Below are positions 1-11,724 of a stretch of 53,758 nucleotides of DNA, piece by piece. This stretch comes from Cyanophora paradoxa CCMP329 (taxonomy: Eukaryota > Plantae > Glaucophyta): the NCBI GenBank assembly GCA_004431415.1, contig QPMI01000028.1, positions 1 to 53,758 on the forward strand. Direction: 5' to 3'. A program made the translations under genes and the position numbers. Under the pieces are notes generated by a model that did not search any database, was not told the DNA's origin, and was given only the letters and a program-made list of their open reading frames with translations. Position 1 is the first letter of the stretch. The number at the start of each line of letters is the position of its first letter.

Positions 1-108
1 TATGATAACTGGGGGAGAAGTATGATAACGGGGGGAGAAGTATGATAATGGGGGGGGAAAGTATGATATGATATTAATACCGGGGGGAGAGGTATGATAT
101 GATAACTG
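1..108. repeat. ~20-bp tandem repeat (TATGATAACNGGGGGAGAAG-like), 4-5 degenerate copies
   Basis: Directly visible units at 1, 21, 41, with looser copies to about 108. Confidence 0.85.
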
Positions 109-404
109 AACCCAAAATTCCAAGAAATTCATACACACTGCTGTAACTCTTTCACCAACTCATCCATTTTCGAAAACCGCGACCATCGCCGGAATCCTCT
201 TTGCATCCTCTACACATCTATGCTACTTTCGCGAACTGGATCTTAGATTTACCCGGGTTTGTGGGGCTGAATATGTCTCTTTTGAGGTCTGAAAGTCTGT
301 ATACCATCTCTGACTGTTGACTTCTGATAGTTTCTGGGTTCCTGCTATGGTTAACTTCTTTAATTCACGTTCCGCCTTACCTTTCTTCTTGGTTCTGGCT
401 TGTG

Positions 405-1454
405 TTAACGGTTCTTCTGGGACGTCATCCGCTTTTTCGATGCCTTCCTTGCGAATTGCCGAATCGACCGGGCTTCTTCTTTCGCTTGTTCAAGTGCATC
501 CACTGTGGGCGCTTCGTGATACTCAACACCTTTGATAGGTAACAGTTCGTGGAAAGCGAATCTCCCTTCGACCATTTCGCCGTTCGGATTTCGCAACCTG
601 AACTTGAAACCTCTCTCCCTTCGACAGTATAGACGATTCGCGACCAATTGACACCTTGTTTAGCGAATGGGTTCTTTTCTATTCTCACTCTCACAAACAT
701 ACCCTGTTTGATACCATCCAGTAAGCAATCGACTTCTTGAACTCTCATCTTCTAATCCGATAATCTCACGGTAATGACTTCCGTCGTTTCTGCTGGTTTT
801 CTCTTGGTTGCTGAGTGGATGGTATTATTATAGTTATACTCAATGTCTCCCAATACATCGAAGAATCGCGCTGTGTTGTTTGCTATGCAATAGTTCGTGA
901 TCAATCGTTGATCTGCTTGTTAAACGCTTCGATTCTACCTTGGCTTCGATGATCTGCGACATCGCTTATCTGATGGTCTATGAACTTCTTAGCAAGGTAA
1001 TCGTGAACATGTTATTTGTGAACTCGCTTCCGCTGTCACTCTGAACGCGTGCGATAGGTCGAGGAACTCTTCGTTGTAGCTGTTCAAACGCCGCAAGCGC
1101 CGTAAGAGCGCTCTTATCTCTCATCGGAATGATGTAACCCGTGCGTAAGGTAGATTCCATCGCGGACATGAACGTATCGTATCCGTCGTTTTGGTTCTTG
1201 TATGCTGGGAAGAAGAGCAGATCGATTACGTAGGTATCGAGAGGTTGCCGAATCGGAATCATCGGATCTCTCTTTCTTGAAAGGGTCGGTGCGTTTATCT
1301 GAACGACTTCCTGTTTATCATACCATTCTCTCATCTTCTTGTAGTCTTCCTCTGGTAGTTCCTTTCTCATTGCCCCGAAACCTTTGTAACCTGTGCGCGG
1401 ATCGTAAAACTTCTTCGCGATCTTCGATTCTTTCGTTACAGTCTCAGTAGGCAA
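405..1454 (-). pseudogene. Polinton-type rve (DDE) integrase, frameshifted
   Basis: FYDPRTGYKG N-terminus, YVIDL and QSDSGSEF (D,D residues). Other frames continue with YNNTIHSATKRKPA, VRVRIEKNPFAK, NWSRIVYTVE and FRLRNPNGEMVEGRFAFHEL, all typical of Maverick integrases. The 3' end is approximate. Confidence 0.88.
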
Positions 1455-1788
1455 TGCCTCGGATCAGTTGTTTAACCATCTCCGACTTCTTAAGATTCGT
1501 GTGTTCTCTCTTCGACCGGAATGTTATCAGTAGCATGTTCCCTTGTCTTCTTTCATGCTCTTCTTTACGATTTTAGGAATGGTCGCAATCCTATCTGTGC
1601 TGAGGCATCTTTACTTTATTTTCAATATATAATAATGACGAGCCGGTTTGGACAGAACACCCGAAACCAAACTACTTTGCGATCGATCAAATGACCCGGT
1701 TTAAGGTGCATATGGTTGCTGCATCTGATCCGTGGTTGCTGCTACTTGGAGATCGAAAAAATAAAAAGAGAAGTATTGAGCAAGTATA

Positions 1789-4700
1789 TTAAAGACCAAA
1801 TGGAATGCTGTGAATGCCGTCGGCTGATATCTTCCGTTTGCTATCGAGTTGGTTTAGAGCGACCCTTCTGCTCTCCAAGTCATATAAGTTGGTCTTGCTT
1901 CGCTTGTTTGTTACTGATACTGTTTTATATGCCTTCGAACAGACATCTCTTAAATCTCAAATGAACCTCTTTCGAGGAAGTCCCGACATCTTTACTCTTT
2001 CGTTGGTCTCAGTTCTGAAAGCATAGAGTTTCGATCTCAGACCCACATACTCATGATCTTTGCATTTGGAACTCATTTTATATTACCTGGAACCATGCGT
2101 TTTTGATACTCACGAGAGGATGGATTTATCGTAATTGCTCCTATCGAGATACTCACCTATCTCTTTCATATCTTCGTTCAGATTATTGTTTCAGGAAAGA
2201 CAGAACGAATCGGTATCGTGGAACAGTAATTTAGCGTTTCCCACTTCTTCCTACTACATCATAGAAGAACGATAGTTATGTAGTTTCGCAAATCCAAAAC
2301 GAAGCGCCAATTGCTACGGGTTTATCTAAGTTCACATGCTTCGAATACATCTCAAAGGCAACGGCATTCTCGTTAATACATTGTCGCTTTGATAAGCGGA
2401 CTTGCTGCGTATTTCTTACAGAGTTTCTCACTGTTAGCGATCTTGACAGTTGAGCGACCCCTGCAAATTCCAAGCATTTACCGTAAATTGCATTGTTCAT
2501 GAGTTTAAAGAAGTCGCTTTCGAAATGTTAGTAGATTCATGCTGAGAAGATATTCAAACCAATGTAAGACTTCATGAATGGGGAAGTAGCGAAAGAGAGA
2601 ACCTTATTTATTTCTTGATTTCAACACCCTCTTAACGATGTAATTAAGAAGAGGTCGAGCAATCACGTATTTATTCTTGGTGTAAATGTCGCTGTAAGTT
2701 TGGGTCTTTGCTGATCTTTTCGCCCGTCAGATCTAATAGTTTCTGTTGATAATCACCAAGCATCTCATTGTGATCACTTCTTTATTCACAATCAGTGGAA
2801 ATCATAATGTTCTTCAAGCGATGTGGGGTATTCAAGGTCAACTTCAATAAATGCGCTTCGACCTCTACCTCTTTAAGTGCCTCTGTGACATCTTCCATCG
2901 ATAATCTCGATAGGTAGTGGTTGGCTGAGAGCATACCCATAAAGATTATTTGCGTCCACAAAACTATATGATCGTCAGCATTCTCTACCTTTGCGTATCG
3001 TGTGGGCATGGTAGCAAATCCACCTCTAATGGCTCTCTCAACAAATTCGTATTTCTCTACATCATCGATAAGTTCAATCTTAACTTTCGTATGTTTGAGC
3101 ATAGCGTCCCAAGAGAGACCTGGTGCGCTAACATAATGTGCGGGATCCAATCCATATTGAGAAAATGCCAATTTGCGGAATGCTTCAAACTTTCTCATTA
3201 AATCGCCCACATCCACAGATTGGAAATCCATGAAATGGGAAGCATCAATGAACTTCCACATGCCCCATTGAAGCGATAGGTATTGATCGAAATTCTTGCT
3301 CAGAATCTCAACACGAAGTTTATCGTCTTGCTGTGCAATCTTGCGGAATATTCCGTGTCCGCATTCATCCATGTGATCCACCACAATAGCTACTTTGGTT
3401 TGCTTCGAAATTCGCCGTGGAGGTTACAGTTTCGGCATGCCTTTCCGATGAAATCGCCGGATTGGTGGCAATGATCTCGAACCGGGAAGTTTTCGTGGGT
3501 GAATCTCTGAGAGCAAATGTAACAGTGTTTTGTTACCTTGTATTCCGCCTTCTGATCATCTGTGAGTGATGCATCGGAATATTTCTAAATAGCGTCTCAA
3601 CGATTTCGGGTCTGATATCTTGGAGAGTTACAAGAGAGAACCGAGCGGATCGATTCCCTCGAAATGGTATGCTCTCACTTCGTCTCCCATTACCACTCGC
3701 AATGAAACCGCTTTAATCTCACGTTTACTCCTCTGAGCATCAATAGCGACGAATGATCTTCGACTTTAACGTAACAGATCACAGGAGCCACACAGTTTTA
3801 CGCAAGTGTTGCAGACCGAATTCAATTACGCTTCCCGCTTTTGGGCATTTGCCTTTGCTCTCCCTCCAATCAATGCAGCGATTCGCTTCAACATGCATGT
3901 CTAATTTCTCCTGAGTTCTGAAACGCGACAAGCAGGTTTCACAGTAGTAAATGCGACCATCACATGCTTTATCAAACGTAGTTTTCAGAAGACGACTAAA
4001 AGACATGATAGTAATGTAGTGTCCCGATCATCTTCGGTGTTTTCGATAAGTAAAAGATTAATCTTGGTCTTTCTTCTTGGGTTACTTGATTGATGGAGAG
4101 GATAGAAACACTCTTTGGCGTTATCGGCTCCGTAAATGTTAATAGAGAGTTCGGGTTCAGTTCTTCGAATCGATCGATTACCTCAGCATCACAGGCAACG
4201 GGAAACTGAATACCATCGAAATTGAGTTCATTTAACCATCGGCGGTATTGGCTCGGTTCGTTACTCTTGTGTTTATTGATGTCCTTTCGATGCAGGTAAG
4301 CCAAAATCGCATACTTGAAGCAATCTTGCCCGTCGATATTCTTAACATTCACCGTCGCTTTCTTGGATGCGATCCATTCGGGAGTTGCGAAATAGCATCC
4401 TCCCACAGGTGCATAAGACATGATAATGCCTCTAAGTATTTCGATCTTCTCCAAACGGTAACTATCCACTTGCGTCATTTCCTCTTGCATTTTCTGTAAC
4501 GCTTTGCGAACTTCTGTGTCTATGTTGCGGATCGGGTAATTACGAAATAATCGCTGTAAATGAATTTGGTGATATAGATGCGCGGATTACCTACTTTGGT
4601 AAATTTGCAAACGAAAGTCAGACGGACTTTAACGGCTCTCAGTTGCTCTAAGCGGGTTTTAATGCGTTGCGGTAGACTTGGTGCGATTCTTTCGAGGAAT

Positions 4701-5041
4701 TCGATAGCATCCACGACAACTTCATTTCGGGCGCGATAGGTCAACCACGAATACGCTTGATTCATCGCTTGTCCATCTTCGATATCCGGTTCAATTGCTC
4801 CTAATCTCTGTCCTTCACCCATAAATTCCTCCATTCGTTGCATGCGATCGTAGAGGTCATTTGCAATCTCAGTGAGTTGACCTAATCGCGGTCGTCTATC
4901 TAAGATGGCGGCTTCTCTATCGTATTCCGCTTCGGTGATCTCACCTGTAACTAAGAGAGTTCCTAACAATCCAAGTATTTCATTTTCTTTTCTTTGATCA
5001 GTCTGTTCGTTTGGCGGGGCATCTTTGCTATAAAGGAACAT
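1789..5041 (-). pseudogene. polB: Protein-primed family B DNA polymerase (group 2 pPolB with endonuclease VII-like insert), multiple frameshifts
   Basis: N-terminal GGCYFATPEWIASKKATVNVKN..DCFKYAIL..ELNFDGIQFPV. Zn finger CETC..H..C. EndoVII-like CYICSQ..VRDHCHQSGDFIGKACRNCNL (~3420-3535). YGLDPAHYVSAPGLSWDAMLK..IRGG. Motif A DANNLYGYALSQPLP (~2910-2960), motif B FKLMNNAIYGK, motif C LFHDTDS (~2205-2230). C-terminus ALNQLDSKRKISADGIHSIPFGL*. Confidence 0.93.
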
Positions 5042-5063
5042 TTTATTTTGGATTTTGAACGCA

Positions 5064-5222
5064 TTAAGTTCTAATGATTCTCACCGTTGTTTCCTTTGGA
5101 ATATATATAGTAACATAGTTTCTCTTCCGCCTGTTATTGATACCACAATTATACTTTATGAACTTTGCAACCTCTTCCAAATCACCTTCCACAACCGATT
5201 GGTTCATTTTGACGCTATTCAT
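5064..5222 (-). CDS. Small hypothetical viral protein (52 aa, MNSVKMNQSVVEGDLEEVAKF...)
   Basis: ATG-to-TAA open frame filling the gap between the palindrome and the polB start, on the same strand as its neighbours. No recognisable motif. Confidence 0.35.
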   Translation of the reverse strand: MNSVKMNQSVVEGDLEEVAKFIKYNCGINNRRKRNYVTIYIPKETTVRIIRT

Positions 5223-5278
5223 TTTCAACTGAGACACACGTTCAATTTTAAATCACCAGTCAATTTTTATTTTTATTC

Positions 5279-5370
5279 GGTGTAACGGGTGTAACAGTAA
5301 ATCCCAAAGTTTTCGGATTTTCACCTCCCTAGGAGCGAAGTTTGGGATTTACCTGTTACACCTGTTACAC
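5279..5370. repeat. Iteron-bearing inverted repeat (GGTGTAAC x2 - TAAATCCCAAA - spacer - TTTGGGATTTA - CCTGTTACA x2), putative replication origin
   Basis: Arms are near-perfect reverse complements. It lies immediately downstream of the primase-helicase stop, and near-identical copies in the opposite orientation occur at 14518-14794. Confidence 0.8.
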
Positions 5371-5437
5371 TTACTGTTTCAGTAAGGTTATAAAAAAAAG
5401 TATGAATTATCAGTAAGAATAGTATGTTTTGTTGTAA

Positions 5438-7774
5438 TTAGTTGGGAGCCTCTACGTCGTCGTCATCGTCGTCCTCAATCATAATCTTCTTTTTCAGTCC
5501 GAAGTAACCACGCTTCACCTGACCTCTTTCTCGAACAGTTTCAGACTTCACATTAAAGACTTCGCGGACTCGCTTTCCAATACTGGCGGCATCGGTTTTA
5601 TCATCAACAGAACGATAGCCAGTAATGATAGCTTCACTCCTAATGAAATCGTTTCGGCTTCCAGTCTTCTCATAAGTGCTGCGGAGCCACTCCCCGATTT
5701 TATCGTTATCATTGAAGTATTCCAGTCCCTGATCGATGATAGACTGTGGCGGATTCATCAGCAGCTGTGCAAGATCCTGTTTCTTCCACATGTCCAAGAA
5801 GATCGACATTTGAGCCATCTTGTATTCGTCGTCATTCATGATGGACATAAGTGAAGTATCCGCTTTCTTCTCACCAGGTTGAGGGTTGGGCTTGAAGACG
5901 CAAGAGAAACGATAGTAAGAGAGTCGCCGGTAAATCGCAGCATCGGTTTACTCATCCCCAGGTTCTCATTCGTCGATAAGAAGATTTGACCCATAGGAAT
6001 GTAGGTAACAGGATCTTTGAACAGGGCGCGAACCTTCATCTCGTTACCACCTGTAATCTCTTTGATCTTGCTAATTTGAAGCTTGTCGCCATCTTCCGCT
6101 TCATTTGAAAAGATAATGCGACGACCCAGAATATCCGCAAGTTCAGGTGTAGCGTCTGATGCATTCTTTTTCGGTTTCGTCCAATATGACATATTGATTG
6201 TTCCGAAATACTGTCCGAATGTTTGCTTGACCATCTCCTGAACGAGAGATTTACCATTGGCTCCAATTCCAGTCCAGAAATTGAACTTTTGAATATCTGT
6301 GCGACCACTCAGAGAGAAAGCGATCGAACCCATCACGAAATTGCGCTCAATTTCCTCTTCGATGATGTCAGAGTAGATGGAAAGGATCTTGGTGACTTTC
6401 ACAGAATCCACCTCGGGCAATAATCATAACCAACAGTCTTACTGATCATGTCTTCTGGGAGTCCCTTCGGAAAGTCATAGAATTCAGATCAAATACGCCA
6501 TTTGTGAATCCAATCACATTGGTAACAGTATCAAGTCTCTCGAAGAATGTCTTATCGTTCATCAGAACTGTGAGATCAGACAGAAGAGAAGTTCGGTAAT
6601 TAGTCTGTTTGAGTTTCTTTGCGATACCAAGAAGAACCTGTGATCTCTCCTCCAAAGATGCACGATTCTCTTCATCACGAAGCGCTCTCTGAGCGAATTG
6701 CACAGCACGTTGAAGATAAGCCGGGCAAACCCTGCAACTCAAACACAGATAGATTCGTTTCCCGTCTCATCCATCTCCCAGATTCCGTAAGCCTCGTTGA
6801 ACTTGAACCACGTCTTGTTTGAATACTTGTAGCTGTCTCGCAGAACAAGAAAAGCAACCTGGGCAACATCATAATGTCCGCCATCAGATCCAATCGACCG
6901 ATCAATTAGCTTTTCAATCTGAACATCGGTATCAGCTTGAACGCGAACCGTCATAACTCGCTTCTTGCAATTGGTGCTATAACTTGAAACAATATACTTG
7001 TCTTTCTCGTTCCCTTGAAGTATATACCAATTGTTGGAGTCATGGCTTCCCTTGCAGCAGGGACAAATCAGACCTTTGTTCTCAGCAGTGAAACTGTAAC
7101 CCTTCTCGGTCTCATTAATGATTGTGGGTAAGATGAAACCAAATTCTTCAAGTTTCCGGAGAATGTGTTTCTGCAAATCCTCTTCAATGCTCCTATCAAT
7201 AGAAGAGTGTCCGCCTTTCGGAAAAAGGTAGTTGTCAATCATCCACTTTTGGAGTTCAGCACTCGGTTCGATCAACTCACAGCCTTCCGCCCATGGTTCT
7301 CTGATCCAAGTTTTACCGGGGCTTGGGGAAACGTTGATCAACCCAGCAGTTCCAGTGGACGCAATTGTCTTACAGTCGATCTTAGGATAACCTTTGAAAG
7401 CACCCGCTTTATCCAGATCTTCACAGCATCGAAGTCAGAAGGACGAGAGAAGTAAACATGATATCCTTTTTTGGTTTTAGCAAGAGGATTGACACCACCG
7501 AAATCATCGGGGAATTGCTCCTCGAATTTGGTGAAATCCTCCTCTTGGTCGAAGTCGATAACCACGATATTGCGAGCGAGAATGCCCAAGCAACATACTT
7601 ACCGGATTTCAGGGCTTCATCGAATTTATCCCAAGTCCACGATCCGTCTTTATGGGCGAAAAGGGGTTTTTTGGTATCGGGATCAACGGGTATTACGATA
7701 TTCTCAGACAGGACATCGTCTTCACGAAGCCAATCAACAAGGCGTTTCAGGGATTTCTTGGCGGCAGCGTTCAT
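5438..7774 (-). pseudogene. Prim-Pol (AEP) primase + Zn-binding + D5-like SF3 helicase with C-terminal winged helix, frameshifted
   Basis: IVVIDFD and TKKGYHVYF Prim-Pol motifs. CPCCKGSH..C Zn site. D5_N-like WFKFNEAYGIWE and IGFTNGVFDL. Walker A GIGANGKS, Walker B IIFSNE, IKEITGG..VRALF and STNE. C-terminal EWL..RGYFGLK. Confidence 0.92.
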
Positions 7775-7963
7775 TTCGATAATCGGGGGTGTCTTATCTA
7801 TGATGGAGAAAAGAGTTTCTCCGGATTCCTGTCATTTTTTGGCGGCTAACCTTTAAGTGGTTGATATCTCTTCAATTACCAAAAACGGCAATCGGGAGAT
7901 GGTTACGGATCTATCGAAGCATATCGATAGACCGCTCGAAAAATGAGTAATTGGGTTCAGCGG

Positions 7964-8335
7964 TCAAATGGGTATTTCCCTCAATACTTTCGTGGACGTC
8001 CCGTGACTTGTTTTCGATTCCCTCCCGCTCCTTACGACGATAATATGAAGCGAGCGATTGCGCCTTCTTATACTCCGATAAACGGGGTCTTCGTTGTAGA
8101 GCGTTCGCTTCCTTAGAGCATCTCTCATCTTGTAATTGGCGCGGGTCTCCTCTTCTTCATCGCCGAATTCGACAACGCTAATCATGTCTTCGGTTATATG
8201 AATTACAGTCGCCATGTTCCCCTTTATATGTAGTTGAGAAAATGTTTTACCACTCTGTATTATGCCTGATGTCTTTAAGTATTTTATGGTGTCATTTTTT
8301 GTTGACCAAAGCCAGTTGGTGTCTACGTTCTTCAA
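7964..8335 (-). CDS. Hypothetical viral protein
   Basis: 123-aa ORF inside the viral gene array. No recognised motif; it may be truncated or frameshifted. Confidence 0.4.
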   Translation of the reverse strand: MKNVDTNWLWSTKNDTIKYLKTSGIIQSGKTFSQLHIKGNMATVIHITEDMISVVEFGDEEEETRANYKMRDALRKRTLYNEDPVYRSIRRRNRSLHIIVVRSGRESKTSHGTSTKVLREIPI

Positions 8336-8423
8336 TTGCAGATTTAACGGCGTAAATCCTTCGTTTCGATAGTATGATGTCGTAGATCTCTTCGAGTGAC
8401 ATTTGATACCATAACCAAAGATA

Positions 8424-8642
8424 TTATTTATGATCGTTATGCGAAAACGATCGGCGACGGACAGTCTCAGTTTCCGTAACGGTGACTGTCTCAGTTGTTA
8501 TCGAATCTTGCGATTGCCTTCGCCCTCCATTGCTTCCACCATCTGAGAAATCCATTTCGAATTTCGTATCGCAGCAGTCATTGTGACAATCGGTTACGCA
8601 ATGCATCTCAAACATCTCAATGATCTTTTTCAGAAACTCCAT
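8424..8642 (-). CDS. Small Cys-containing viral protein (MEFLKK..HCVTDCHNDCC..)
   Basis: ATG preceded by an AT-rich leader, tightly packed with neighbours, and containing a Cys cluster. Confidence 0.5.
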   Translation of the reverse strand: MEFLKKIIEMFEMHCVTDCHNDCCDTKFEMDFSDGGSNGGRRQSQDSITTETVTVTETETVRRRSFSHNDHK

Positions 8643-8668
8643 TGATTCCCTCTTTAAACAATATATAA

Positions 8669-9400
8669 TTAAAGCCAAACTCTCCGCTTGTATGCTGTGG
8701 GAGCTACACCTTTGTCGACTTCCGCTTTGGTAGCACCAGGTTCAACAGTTCCCTTTTGGGTCTTTGTCTTCAACTCATCTACCGCTTGTTCGTCAATTTG
8801 GGTCTCCTTCTTACCAATAAACTGCTTATCAGGAACACCAGTAATACCCATTCGGAATACCTCTTTGCGCAGCATTTCCTTGATTTTCGATCGCTCCTTC
8901 TTCTCAGTTACATACTGTTCAAGAGCGCTTGATTTTGCTTCCAGATCCTTTAATTTAGCGGTCATCTCATCCCATTGCGCTTTCGGGATTCGGTGGATGT
9001 TTTGAGTTGGCGCAACCTTGTAAGTAACTTCACCAGCCATCGATTGAATTACCTTGTCGGATTCTTTGGAAACACCTTCACCCTTGCGAGCGAGGGAAAG
9101 ATCTTTGAGACCGAGTTCACGATCATCGGCAGCACCGATAATCCGACGGGCGCCTTCACCGACCGCCTTCATCTTCGAGACTTCCGGCGAGATGTTCAAT
9201 TGCTCACTTTGGGATGTTTGCGGCGCTTTATCACCGGGCGCTTCTTCATAAGCGGCATTTAAGGGGTCTTCTTCCTGTTGTGATGGTTTCACTTCGCTCA
9301 TTCCGTTGAATTTCATGGGTGTGGTGTTGAGAGATCCATGACTTTCACCGCCGGAATATGACATAGCACCAGCGGGAACACCTCTACGTTTCGGCGGCAT
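8669..9400 (-). CDS. Hypothetical K/E-rich viral protein (possible core/virion protein)
   Basis: Intact 243-aa ORF starting MPPKRRG after an AT-rich leader, adjacent to the ATPase. Function is a guess. Confidence 0.7.
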   Translation of the reverse strand: MPPKRRGVPAGAMSYSGGESHGSLNTTPMKFNGMSEVKPSQQEEDPLNAAYEEAPGDKAPQTSQSEQLNISPEVSKMKAVGEGARRIIGAADDRELGLKDLSLARKGEGVSKESDKVIQSMAGEVTYKVAPTQNIHRIPKAQWDEMTAKLKDLEAKSSALEQYVTEKKERSKIKEMLRKEVFRMGITGVPDKQFIGKKETQIDEQAVDELKTKTQKGTVEPGATKAEVDKGVAPTAYKRRVWL

Positions 9401-9428
9401 TGTATATTTATAACATACAGAGATAATT

Positions 9429-10211
9429 TTACAATCCCCTCTTATATCGCATCAACTTATTCGTGTGAACAGCGCTCTTTATCTCTTTTGGCGCTTCCTC
9501 CTTCTCGGGTGGTTTTAATTCGTCTTCTTTCTTTTTGGGCTTTCTGTGAAACCGAGGAAACCCAAACTCTTTAACGAGTTCCGCTTTATCAACATAGTAT
9601 TCCACCGAATAATTCGCAGAACTCCAAATGAGAAACTGATAGGAGTGAACGTATTCCTCAAACATCTTATAGAAAGCGTCTTTATCCCGCATGATATTGT
9701 ATTCTTCTTCAATGGCTTCCAGTTCTTTGCGATTGGCGGCACTTAGGAACATTGCATAATCCGAATTAACGCGAATGGTTGAAGAAACCTTACGCAGTTT
9801 CTGAGTTATGCAGATAATCGAAATTTTCGAATGTCTTCCACGGCTGTAAAGACTTCCAATAATTTTATCACGGGTTAGATCGACTATCTCATTGTCTATA
9901 AGATCATCGAGAACGACACATAATTGGTTAACGGGTTCTCCTTTCTCAATTTTCTCTTGTCTTTCATCGAGAAGTTTAGCGATGTAAGGCGCATCCCATT
10001 TACCGAGTTGCAATGTTGCTACTTTATCCCAGAAATGATTGAAACTCGTCCCACTTACAACGAGAACCACATCTATCTTTTTCGCATCATGTAGCTGTTT
10101 TAGCCAATACTTCACCGCTTCTGACTTGCCTGTCGCGCTTTTTCCGATTGCTAAGACACGGAATGGTGGGTTTATCATCTCACCAGCATTAAATTCAGGA
10201 ACGTCGGACAT
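9429..10211 (-). CDS. A32-like (FtsK/HerA) DNA packaging ATPase
   Basis: From MSDVPEF: Walker A GKSATGKS, Walker B LCVVLDD, SRGRHSKISIICITQ and IRVNSDY. The start is set at the ATG after the AT-rich intergenic region, not the longer ORF-track start. Confidence 0.95.
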   Translation of the reverse strand: MSDVPEFNAGEMINPPFRVLAIGKSATGKSEAVKYWLKQLHDAKKIDVVLVVSGTSFNHFWDKVATLQLGKWDAPYIAKLLDERQEKIEKGEPVNQLCVVLDDLIDNEIVDLTRDKIIGSLYSRGRHSKISIICITQKLRKVSSTIRVNSDYAMFLSAANRKELEAIEEEYNIMRDKDAFYKMFEEYVHSYQFLIWSSANYSVEYYVDKAELVKEFGFPRFHRKPKKKEDELKPPEKEEAPKEIKSAVHTNKLMRYKRGL

Positions 10212-10272
10212 GGCGTAGTAGATCTTTCTTAATAAAGATAGATAAAAATAACAAAATCTTACTGATAATGGT

Positions 10273-11670
10273 TTAGAGATTAATGCGGCGAATTCCGTCC
10301 TTATCGACAATAATGAACGAATGCATGAGAGCGCGAACGTTAACAGTAATTGTGCGATTAGCAGGAAGATACAGAGTAAGGAATGATGACGACGAGTTCG
10401 TAAGGTCAACATATCCAGATTGGGCAATGTTGCGAATCGCCTTCTCACCATCAACACAGAATGGAAGACCGGTAAGGACGTAACGGTTTGCTTCCTTGTC
10501 CATGTTTGAGCATTTGAAGGCATCGGCGATGAGTTCCGCTCCTTTGAGTAGCGGGATTGGCTCCGTGGAATACAGACGCTGTCCATTGATCTCACAAGTC
10601 ATCGTGATATCCTTCGCATTCGCAAGCGTTTTAAGGACGCTGTGAGAACCATTGGAAGTATCGACACCATCAGCATCGCGAACAGAGACAAGAAGAGCAT
10701 AAACCAGACCGGAGATTTGGCTAAGATTGATTCGGTTGGGTTGAGTGTTACCTTTTGCCTGAACACCGATTGCATCGACGAAACCGATATCGAGAGCGGG
10801 AATAGCCATCCCCGTGGTCTTAACCTTCTCAATAACAGTAGCAAATAGTTCATCTGAAACGTTAATAGCATGCATGTAGAGACGAGGAGACTTAATGGAG
10901 ATGTAATGGGTCATTGGAGGAACAGTTCCAGCAACTTCGAACCCAGTAATTTCACCAGTGGTGATGTTTTGACCAACATTAGCAAGTGTAACATTGGTAG
11001 CGCTTCCCAGTCCATCATCGGTGGATTTATCGGCAGCATCAGTAACAACTGGAAGAGAGCGACCACCATAAGAAGTTTCAAGGTATCCCTTGTTAGCTTC
11101 CTTAAACCACACAGTGATGACGGCTTCACCCGAGAGAGCGCCAAGTGGTAGGTAATGGTTCAACCACGGCACCGGAATCTCAACGAAGAAAGCGCCACCT
11201 TTACGGTTGGTTCCGTGAGCGGGAATACCATGGAGCATTCCCATAGAGCGCTTCTTTTTTGCCAGTTGATCTTCTGAATAGTAGACCAGTGGGAAAATCG
11301 CCAGGAAATCAGACGGCACGTGGTAGGTATACGAGCCATACGAGAATTCAAGACGCTCTACAAGCGCACCTACGGGGCGGGTGTAACCATTGCGCACCAG
11401 GTCGGTATCGCCTTCGAAAGCGGTTAGTTCGGGAAGATCGAAAGCGAGTTCGATTTTACCAACAAAGTTGTAGCGGGGAAGTTTGAAAGAAACGCGTTGA
11501 CCTACATTGTTTTCATAGGTTGTCGATGGACTAACAGTTACGAGAACGGGTTTCGTCTTCGATTCCAGACCAAGCATAAGCGAGTTATCGAGGAAGAACG
11601 CTTTGGCTTCCTCGGGCGTTGTTAGCGCCTCTTTCAGAGAAAGACGTTGAAGGGTCGAGGTAACATCCAT
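10273..11670 (-). CDS. Major capsid protein, double jelly-roll, NCLDV-like pattern
   Basis: 465 aa, beta-rich. GQRVSFKLPR..VGKIELAFDLP..VGALVERLEFSYG..VEIPVPW..LPLGAL..VITVWF matches the N-terminal DJR capsid pattern. It lies between the ATPase and the pentons. Confidence 0.88.
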   Translation of the reverse strand: MDVTSTLQRLSLKEALTTPEEAKAFFLDNSLMLGLESKTKPVLVTVSPSTTYENNVGQRVSFKLPRYNFVGKIELAFDLPELTAFEGDTDLVRNGYTRPVGALVERLEFSYGSYTYHVPSDFLAIFPLVYYSEDQLAKKKRSMGMLHGIPAHGTNRKGGAFFVEIPVPWLNHYLPLGALSGEAVITVWFKEANKGYLETSYGGRSLPVVTDAADKSTDDGLGSATNVTLANVGQNITTGEITGFEVAGTVPPMTHYISIKSPRLYMHAINVSDELFATVIEKVKTTGMAIPALDIGFVDAIGVQAKGNTQPNRINLSQISGLVYALLVSVRDADGVDTSNGSHSVLKTLANAKDITMTCEINGQRLYSTEPIPLLKGAELIADAFKCSNMDKEANRYVLTGLPFCVDGEKAIRNIAQSGYVDLTNSSSSFLTLYLPANRTITVNVRALMHSFIIVDKDGIRRINL

Positions 11671-11724
11671 TCTGTTTTGCTTTTACTATACAAAAATATA
11701 AAAATTCTGTGAATGATCCTTAAT

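Noticed and set aside
10212-10595. N-terminal extension of the ATPase in the ORF track
   Set aside because: It overlaps the MCP 3' end in another frame and crosses an AT-rich intergenic region. Homology starts at the ATG at 10211.
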